Assembly: GCF_009914755.1 (NCBI RefSeq)
Contig: NC_060940.1
Reading direction: 5' to 3' (one strand)
From: the human T2T-CHM13v2.0 reference genome, Homo sapiens
DNA: 64,000 nucleotides
The notes beneath the pieces are model-generated. The model searched no databases. It was not told the origin of the DNA and worked only from the letters and a program-made list of their open reading frames with translations. Of this stretch, positions 52,666-64,000 are shown piece by piece (position 1 is the stretch's first letter; the number at the start of each line of letters is the position of its first letter). Made by a program: the position numbers and the translations under genes.

Positions 52666-53391
52666 TGGTGCTCTCCTTACACTGACTTTGGTCCTTGTCC
52701 AAACCCTCCGAGGAGTTCACCCTATTATTAAAACTTGAAACAAAAACCAACCAAACATAAAAACATACTCAGAGAGTTAAAGAGAGAAACTAAGCCGCTG
52801 TCGCCAGCGCCGTGTCATGAGCCGAACATTTCAGTATCGATTCTGGCCATCGGAGGGGCTGGCTCAGTGAACTTCCAAAAAGAATTGTTCGCAAAGAAAC
52901 AAAACTGACCTTGAAGAGAGCTCAGCCTTGGCCAGATGGGCCCTTGAAGTCTGGCTGTCACGTCACAACCCCGGCTCACAGGCTGAAATCCGGCCCTGGG
53001 CCGCTGTGAGAGTTGAGTAGGCAAAATTCCATACATATTTAAGCTTATCTATAATTTATTCCAATGACCTAAGGAATCATATATCATTTTGTCTGTTGTT
53101 CAGTAACTTTTAATCCCTGCCTTCCTAATCCTAAATTGGCCAGGCGGTTGCAGGCCGCACTGCAGAGTTCTCATGTAACTGTGCAAATACTCGCCCACTA
53201 GGTCCTGGGTTTGCTGAAGTTTACTGTTTATGATTAGGAATTTATTTGTCAAAATATGCTTCTTTTTTACTCACTGGCCACTAGAACAGAGGCTCGTGGT
53301 AACGCGTACAGAGATGGTACATCCCTGTCCTCTCATCAAAGTGATTCCTCTCCCTTTTGCCAAACTTCCACAGAAGCCAAATAAACAGTGT

Positions 53392-53930
53392 AGACACTCC
53401 GTCACTCGCTACGGCCACGGCGGCCACTCGGATCACACTCCGTCACTCACTGTGGCCACAGTGGCCACTCAGATCACACCCCGTCACTCGGTATGGCCAC
53501 GGCGGCGACCACTCGGATTGCATCCCGTCACTCAATAGGGCCACGGCAGCCACTGTGATCGCAACCTGTCACTTGCTACAGCCACAGCAGCCACTCTGAT
53601 CACACCCCATCACTTGCTATGGCCACGATGGCCCCTTGGATCACACTCTGTCACTTGGTGTGGCCACGGTGGCCACTCGGATCACACTCCATCACCCACT
53701 ACGGCCACAGCAGTCACTCGGATCACATCCCGTCACCCACTACGGCCACAGCAGTCACTCGGATCACATCCCGTCACTCACTACAGCCATGGCAGCCACT
53801 CTGATTGCATTCCCGTCACTCGCTATGCCCACGGCGGCCACTCAGATCACACTCCATCACTTGCTATGGCCACGGCAGCCACTCAGATGGCACTCTGTCA
53901 CTCACTATGGCCACGGCAGCCACTTGGATA
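53392..53930. repeat. About 41-bp minisatellite, about 13 copies
   Basis: CACTCCGTCACTCGCTACGGCCACGGCGGCCACTCGGATCA-type units. Confidence 0.93.
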
Positions 53931-54064
53931 CTTGGTCAATAAAATAAGAAGGTCAAACATTTACCCTGTGTGAGCCGGCAACCTCCAAAAGGCAAACACA
54001 GTCAGTTTGGTCAGGAGCTGGAGGATTTGTACACGTATTTGTATGCTTTAGTCTGCCACAGTTT

Positions 54065-54357
<293 letters not shown>

Positions 54358-54755
54358 TGATACTCAAATTGCCTCTTTGTTGGCTATCACTTTTATTTAT
54401 TTATTTTTGCTAAATGATTTTAGTGGTTTGAATGGCATATGCTGGAGAGTATGGACACATTTTTGCACTCACATAGCCAGCACCACCCCTAGACTACCCA
54501 TCACCTGGAAAGGCCCTGCTCCACCCCTTGTATGCCCCAACCCGTCTGCTTTCCCTTGCTTGGATGAGACAGGGTTTTCCAGGGTTTCATGTCCATGGAG
54601 TCAGGCAGCACGCACGGGCTGTGTGTCTGTTCTTTCACCCAGCGGAGTGTCGAGGTTTATCCGTGCCGTGTTGCCTCTCAGAAGGTCATTCCTTTCATTG
54701 TTGAGTAGTGCTTCATTTTTGGATGTACTACGGTTTGTTTGCAGGCGCACCTGTC

Positions 54756-54982
54756 GATGAAGATTTGGGCTGCTTTTAATTTTGGGCTGTTGTTAGGAAT
54801 AAACTGCCGTGGATGAAGATTTGGGCTGTTTTCAATTTTGGGCTGTTGTTAGGAATAAACTGCCGTGGATGAAGATTTGGGCTGTTTTCAATTTTGGGCT
54901 GTTGTTAGGAATAAACTGCCGTGGATGAAGATTTGGGTTGTTTTCAATTTTGGGCTGTTGTTAGGAATAAACTGCCGTGGAT
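54756..54982. repeat. 56-bp tandem repeat, 4 near-identical copies
   Basis: GATGAAGATTTGGG at 54756, 54812, 54868, 54924. Confidence 0.95.
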
Positions 54983-55265
54983 ATTAACAGCAAGTCTTGG
55001 TGTGTGCCTGGGTTTGCATTTCTCTTGGGTGAGGGCCTAGGAGGAGAATTGCGGGGCCATGTGGTGAGTATATGTGTGACTTTATCAGCAGCGTCAAACC
55101 CTTGCCAAAGGGGTCGTTTCTCCCGATAGATGTAGGGGTGGGTTGCATATTATAATTATATTTTTTATTTTTCTAGTTTTTTCATTTTCTAGTGACTAAT
55201 GATTTTGAGAATCTTTTCCTATACTTCTTTGCAATCTTTGATGAAGTGTCTATTCAGATATTTGA

Positions 55266-56372
<1,107 letters not shown>

Positions 56373-56807
56373 TAATTTATCAGTCTTTTAAAAATACTTT
56401 TTGTGTCCTATCCAAAAAAAATTTGTCTATCCCAGGGTCATGAATAATTTTTCCTATGTTTTCTTCCAGAAGTTTTCTAGATTAAGCTTTTATAATTAGA
56501 TCTATGCTCCATTTCAAGATACTTTGTGTGTGCTGTGAGGTGGGGTTCATATTTTTCCATATGAATTTGCAGTTGTGCCAGCACCATTTGTTGAGAAGAA
56601 TGTTCTTTCCTCACAGAATTGCTTTAGCACTTTGTTGAAAATTGACCATTTATGTGTGGGTCTATTTCTGGACTTCTTTCATTGATCTACACATCTATCT
56701 TTACATTGGCATGCTGTCTTGTGGTTTTATACTATATCTTAAGATAGTATGTCTTCTAAATTTGTTCTTTTCAAAATTATTTTAGCTATTATAGATCCTT
56801 TGCATTT

Positions 56808-56901
56808 CAGAAATTCAAAGAAGAATTGGTACCAATCCTATTGAAACTATTCCAAAAGACAGAGAAAGAGGGAATCCTCCCTAAGTCATTCTATGAAGCC
56901 A
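56808..56901 (+). mobile_element. Short sense L1 ORF2 (RT region) fragment embedded in antisense L1M
   Basis: Translates [31 protein letters not shown], matching L1 ORF2 [29 protein letters not shown]. Confidence 0.85.
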
Positions 56902-57326
56902 TATAACTTTTAGAATCAGCATGTCGGTTTCTACAAAAATAGCCTGCATGGCTTGGACTGGAATGAGTTAAATCTATTGGCCAATTTGGGAAGGGTTGCC
57001 ATCTTAACTCTATCGAGTAATCCAATCCATGAACATAGTTTGCCTTTCTTTTTATTTAGATCTCCTTTAATTTCTCTCAGTAGCATTTTATAGTTTTCAC
57101 TATCAGGTCTAGCTCATACTTTGTAAAAGGTGAAGGATTTGTATGATCTGAAGAGAAATCAGAGTATAGTAGCTCATATTTTGTTAAATTTATCCCTAAG
57201 AATTTTATGATTCACTTGCAAATGGTATTTTATTTTTTTGCAAATGGTATTTTTTTAAAAATTTAAATTTCCAATTGCTTGTGCTTATAGATAGAAATAC
57301 TGTTAATATTTGCATACTGGCCTTTA

Positions 57327-57683
<357 letters not shown>

Positions 57684-58072
57684 TCTTTGGGATTATCGAA
57701 GTAGATGTTTGCATTGTCTGTAGATAATGCAGTTTTATTTCTTCCTCTCCTGCATGCTTTTTATTGTTTGTTTCTGTCTTTACTGTACTGGCTGGAACCT
57801 AGTACAATGTGAGATAGAAGTGATGTGTGGAGACATCCTGGCCTTAGGGGGAACGTCTCGTATTTCACCATTAAGGATGATGTTAGCTCTAGACTTTACA
57901 GAGATGTTCTTTATCAGTTGAGGAAGTTATTTCCTATCCCAGTTGTGCTTGGAGATTTTAATCATAACTGGATGTTGAGTTTTGCCAAAGCCTTTACTGC
58001 ATCTTCCACAATGATCTTATTGTTTTTCTCCTTATTCTGCTTATATAGTGAATTGTGTTGATTGATTTTTGA

Positions 58073-58800
<728 letters not shown>

Positions 58801-60521
58801 TAATAGAATTCAGCAACGAATCCCTGGCTTCCAGGATCTCACTAGAATAGAATATTATCGCCTTGATTTCACTGCTTTCATTTTTATGGCGACTTTCTGT
58901 TTGGTCAGTCGACTCTGATTTTTCCTTTACAGTAGTAATATCAAGTTTGATTTCTCAATACTTGCATTGCAGTTTATGAGAAAATTTGTTTAAAGAAAGA
59001 TAAGTGAACAGCATTCTGGGGCGGGAGGAGGAGGGCGGTATTCAGATACGGCGAAACCATTTGTTGAGAGTGGAAAGGCTGGTGTGATGAGCGCCGTCAG
59101 TGCTGCAGGCGGCAGGGAGGGCCTGGGGCTGCCCTGTCTCGCCTCTACCTTGGGAGCTGCTGTGTGAGTTGAGCACTGGGCTGAGGGTGGGGTGGCCTCC
59201 TTTCCATCTGAATTCTGTATTTGAGATGAAGAAGGTTGGATTTGGTGACAACAAGAACTGTGTTTAGAAGGAAAACTCTGTTTCTTGAAGCAACACCTAC
59301 TCCAAATTTCCAGAGGGTTTTGCTGTCTCCTCACCTCAGTTAAATCAGGGAGACTGTGAAGGACCAGCCCAACACTGAAGATCTAAGAGTTTATTCCCAA
59401 AACACCTCCCCAGAACCAAGCTCCAGGACACACAGGCATGAGGCTTGCCTGTGCCGGCGGCCACAGCAGTGAGTGTAGGCCCAGGGTTCTGCACAGGAGG
59501 GGCTGTGCCCCTGTTTAGGTCTCGGCCCACCGGCCTCTAGTCTGTGTGAATTCTATGGGAATTACTCCCTGGGCCCTGGGAGAAGGGCAGAGGATGGCAG
59601 CTGTTGGGTGACCCAGATGGCGAGACAGCACCAGCACAGATGCCTGAGCCGCTGAGGATGGGTGGCCCCTCTCGAGGCCAAGGGTTGAGCCCCTGAAGGC
59701 CACGTCGCCCAGAATGCAGGCCTTTCTCGGGGGGCCGTCAGGAGAAGTAGGGGGTGATCCTGGGTAACTTGGGGCACAGGCTGGTGCAGCCCTCTCCAAG
59801 GATGGCATCTCTTGAGGTTTTACATTGAATTCCATGATATAGCATATTTTTAAAAATATGAAAATGATGTTCATAATAACCAACTGGTTGAATTATTATT
59901 TTTTGCTGTTCTCACCCTCCAACCCTCAAATACAATCGATCCTCCATGAAGTGGCGCCACTGTGGTTCAGAACACTTTACACTTTGCTTAGAGGGTGCTC
60001 CACCTGGAAGGGCCTGAGCTCCTAAACAATCGGTAATGCAGTGATAAAGCGTTAACCTCCAACTATCAAAAAGTACCTGACTCATTCATTCCAACTGGAG
60101 CTCATCCCCGTGAGCTCTGGGTCAGAGAGATGAGCTCCCCAGCCCTGCCACAGCGTCATGCCAGGAACCAAACTAACACGAGCCTCAGGCTCCTCATCTT
60201 AAAGTGGGGTTAGCCTTAGGGTCATCTCGGCCTCTGGTGAGCCATCATGGCAGCCTCTCGGCAGGGTCTGGTGGGCAGGAGGTCCTCGGTGAGTCTTGTC
60301 ACTGCCTCTGTTCTTCCTTGGAATCTGTGGAGCCGAGAAGACAGAACTCATTGTCCTCTGCTTCTGTACTTTGCACATACCGGTTTTTTTTGCTACAAGT
60401 TCTATATTGCATTGCATTGATTTATGCAAGTATCTGTTTCTTTATCTGGGGTCCTACCCTCTTTCAACACAGTGCTTGGAATTCAATAGGTGATAAATAT
60501 ATTTTTTGTTAAATTGAAGCT

Positions 60522-60832
60522 GCCTGGGAGTGGTGGTTCATGCCTATAATCCCAGCACTTTGGAAGGCTGAGGTAGGAGGATTACTTCAGCCCAAGATTT
60601 TGAGACCAGCCTAGGCAACATGGGAGACCCCATCCCTACTAAGAATACAAAAAAATACAAAAAGCCAGATGTGGTGGCACACGCCTGCAGTCTCAGCTAC
60701 TCAGGAGGGCTGAGGTGGGAGGATCACTTGAGTCCAGATCAAGGCTGTAATGAGCCAAGATCGTGCCATTGCACTTCAGCAGCCTGGGCCACAGAGCGAG
60801 ACTCTGTCTAAAAGAGAAAAAAAGAAAAAGAA
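60522..60832 (+). mobile_element. AluJ SINE
   Basis: Diverged full Alu. Confidence 0.88.
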
Positions 60833-61412
60833 GGCTATTGCCACACCAGCCACCAAAGCCCCTCTGAGGGAATCCTGGCATGCTTTGGTCTTTGGTTTGG
60901 AAAAGTTACCAGTTTCAGACTTAGCTTTTCTTGCTTGTGATCAAGTCCTGGTCCTGTGGTGGCAGAAGTTTCTGTAGTTTTCTCTTCAGTGAAAAACCAT
61001 TTCTAGATCTGCATTAAGAGGACTAAACTGAATGCGTGGGTCGGCAGAGTTGGGCTCGAGGACCATTACCGTCGGGCGCTGTTTGTCTCTAACCCGAATA
61101 CCAAGCCTCCCAGATGGCAGCTTGCAGCATCGGGGTGCGTGCGCAGGAAACGGGAGGCTGAGCTGTCCAGCCCTCCCTCAAAAGCCGGGGTCGAGGCCAT
61201 TTGGGGGTCTTCAGAGAGGTCTCGCTGTATGCTCTGGACAAACTGCATGCCGCACACAGCAGGTATAGTCGGTTCTGCCAAAACGTGATATCGGCGTCCC
61301 TAGAAACCACCACGCAGGCAGAATGGCGCAGTTAAAAACCACGGTGTGTGGGGAAAGGAAGCCAAGGGTGCAGCACTCAAGGACTTCACCGGCACCAGGT
61401 TACAAAGGGAGT

Positions 61413-61692
61413 GGAGGCCGAGGTGGGCGGATCACCTGAGGTCAGGAGTTCGAGACCAGCCTGGCCAACATGGTGAAACCCCGTCTCTGCTAAAAATACA
61501 AAAAATTAGCTGAGCGTGGTGGTGGGCGCCTGTCATCCCAGCTACTTAAGAGGCTGAGGCAGGACAATCACTGGAACCCCCCCGGAGGTGGAGGTTGCTG
61601 CGAGCTGAGATCGCGCCACTGCACTCCAGCCTGGGCGACAGAGCGAGGCTCTGTCACAATGAATGAATGAATGAATGAATGAATGAATGAAT
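61413..61692 (+). mobile_element. 5'-truncated AluS with (GAAT)n tail
   Basis: GGAGGCCGAGGTGGGCGGATCACC start; tail replaced by about 8 AATG units. Confidence 0.9.
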
Positions 61693-61839
61693 GGAATCAT
61701 CACAGTGATCCCAGTACTTAGGTTTAGAGCATCATCTTTCTGAATGTATTGTCATGTAAATGGGCAGCCCTTGGCATTTAGCTTTATAACCACTTTTTCC
61801 ACCCGGTGGTATTTTGTGGCCATCCTTCTGCGTTGGGAC

Positions 61840-62540
61840 ACACTGCTTTGTTCCTTTTCATGGCTGCACGGTGCACTGTTGTACTCACTCTTTGGGCAAA
61901 CGTTTACGAACCACGTGCTGTGTGCTGGAACCATGTGCTGGGAGCTGGGGACACAGTGAGGAGGACAGAGAGGTCTGCGTGGATGCACCACCATCCATTT
62001 CACAAACCCCTTATGGATGGGTCTAGATCATTCTGTGTAGTTACTTTCTGCAATGAGCCATGTTGCAATGCATGTCTTCACTTATCCATCTTTGCATATG
62101 TATCTATTAGTTATTTAGAATAAGTTCCTGGAAGTGGAATTACAGAATCAAGAATAAGCACATTTAAAAGCCAGGCGGATGTCCAAGAAGCTCCTAAAAA
62201 GCCGCATCCATTTCCATCTGCCGACCCCGTGTGGGTGTGCCCGCCTCCTCACCCTGACAGCAGGGTGTTGCCACACTTGTAAATCCCTGCCGCCTGGCAG
62301 GTGGCCTGTGCCTCGAGCAAGCTGGTGTCATGGATTGTGAGTTAGGATGGACAGCTGTTTGCATTTTTTCTTTGGCTGATTGCCAGTGTATATTATTTTA
62401 AAATTTTAAATGGATTTGTTTTTTCCTCATTGATTTATAAGAGCTCTTTCTATATGGAGGATATTTACTCCTTGCCATATACCCATTGCCATTTTTCTCT
62501 CTGTTAACTGATTCATTTCATCAGAGTTTTCATCTTGTTT
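61840..62540 (-). mobile_element. Old L1 (L1ME-type) fragment
   Basis: TTCCTTTTCATGGCTGCA, TAAGTTCCTGGAAGTGGAATT, TTGATTTATAAGAGCTCTTT motifs. Confidence 0.55.
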
Positions 62541-63325
62541 CAAAAGAAAGTCCCCAGGCCGCTCCTCCCTGCAGGCAGCTCCTGGACAGGGGTCAGTCCC
62601 CCCGCCATGTGCCTGCCTTGCTGATGAAGCCAGGGTGAGGCCCCGGGCAGCAGGGGCTCCTGACCACCTGGGAAGAATCGGCACTCCCTGCTGGCATCTG
62701 GAACAGAAGCCTATTGGCCTGGGGACCCGAGCATTCCGTGGGGCAGGGCTATGAAGGAATCGTCTCTGTAAATCTTCAGTGTCCTCATTTCTCCCCTCCT
62801 TTATCTCACAAGGCCTCTTGGCCGAGCCCAGTCTCCCCCGAGGAATCCTCTCTGGCACACATCATTTGTCATCTGCTTTGTTCTGCTACTCAATGTTTGG
62901 AATTCCAGGCTCACTGAGAAGTCATCTGTTGGGGAGAATTTGGGGCTGGTTGACTCTGTTGTCAGTGACACCGCCAGATGGGGCTGACTCCAGATGGACG
63001 GGGTTGGCCAGGGTCGATCTGGGCCAACAGTGCCAGCCTGTGGCTGCTTCCCGGGCAGGGGCCATCTCATGGGTGCCTGAGGGGTGAAAACTTGGGGTGT
63101 TCGTGTCACCTTGGCTGGGGCACAGGAAGGCCCCACACGTTAGCTGTTGGTGAGGAGCACCCACACCCAGGGGAGCACTCACACCCAGAGGAGCACCCAC
63201 ACCCGGGGCCCCTCTTTCCTGGGCATTCGGTTCCTCAGCGACACCGGCTTGGTGCTGGGACCCGTGATCCACAGGCACAGATCTGTCTTCAGGGATCTCA
63301 CTGTGAAGCTGGCCATGTTTTATTC

Positions 63326-63620
63326 TTTTTTTTTTTTTTTGAGATGGAGTCTCGCTCTGTCGCCCAGACTGGAGTGCAGTGGTTTGATCTCGGCTCACTG
63401 CAAGCTCTGCCTCCTGGGTTCATGCATTCTCCTGCCTCAGCCTCCCAAGTAGCTGGGACTACAGGTGCCTGCCACCACGCCCAGCTAATTTTTTGTATTT
63501 TAGTAGAGATGGGGTTTCACCGTGTTAGCCAGGATGGTCTTGATCTCCTGACCTCGTGATCCACCCACCTTGGCCTCCCATAGTGCTGGGATTACAGGCG
63601 TGAGCCACCGTGCCGAGCCA
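63326..63620 (-). mobile_element. AluY SINE
   Basis: GCCATGTTTTATTCT target-site duplication; young diagnostic bases. Confidence 0.93.
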
Positions 63621-64000
63621 GCCATGTTTTATTCTATGTGTTCAGCTGGACAAAGGTCCCCCAGTTGTCCATGTCCTAGTCCCTGGACCTATGAAAGTGC
63701 AGCTGGACAGCAGTGCCAGAGCCGTTGTGAAATGTAAGCCACTGCTGTTAAGTCAGGTTCCTCTGCGCTGGGGAGGCTGCGAGGATAGAGCCACCTCCAG
63801 CGTTGTCTTCCAGCCTGGCCCCTGCCCTCCTCCTCCTCATCCCATCCGGCCCGCCCTACAGGCACAGATGTCCTTCTCACAACTCTGATTTTCATTTTGT
63901 TAGATTGCTGGGATAAAGCAGAGACATGTTCAAGGCATGCAGCTGTCCTGAGCTTTGAGGATGGCGTGTTGCAGCCGTCTCCGGCTTGGCCAGGAGGCTG

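Noticed and set aside
59880-60295. Possible lncRNA exon ending at CG|GTGAGT (about 60289)
   Set aside because: Only a donor-like motif; no supportable acceptor, ORF or identity from sequence alone.

Overview
Primate (almost certainly human) genomic DNA, repeat-rich, with no intact full-length protein-coding gene; nearly all ORFs in the supplied track are Alu-, VNTR- or GC-derived noise. The window is a mosaic of duplicated pieces. (1) Bases 1-935: a paralogous copy of PLA2G10 coding exon 1 (signal peptide, poly-Leu (CTG)n) with its GC-rich upstream leader, minus strand. (2) From about 935 to about 20.7 kb: a partial BANP (SMAR1) duplicate carrying two intact internal coding exons (6310-6401, 9387-9586) with four amino-acid differences from BANP as I recall it; the BANP start exon and BEN-domain exons are absent. 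(3) From about 20.7 kb to the end: GC-rich, VNTR-dense non-coding DNA of subtelomeric character with Alu, L1, MaLR and MER elements. From memory this fits the chr16p11.2 segmental-duplication locus around the 3' end of RRN3P2, with donor sequence from 16p13 (PLA2G10) and 16q24.2 (BANP); I cannot verify this placement here. Most notable signals: a possible chimeric protein ending in the BANP N-terminal coiled coil, a base-precise PLA2G10/VNTR junction, a two-template inverted insertion at 3.9-4.3 kb, atypical L1/Alu insertions, and minisatellites that multimerise transcription-factor motifs. I found no convincing wholly new biological system.
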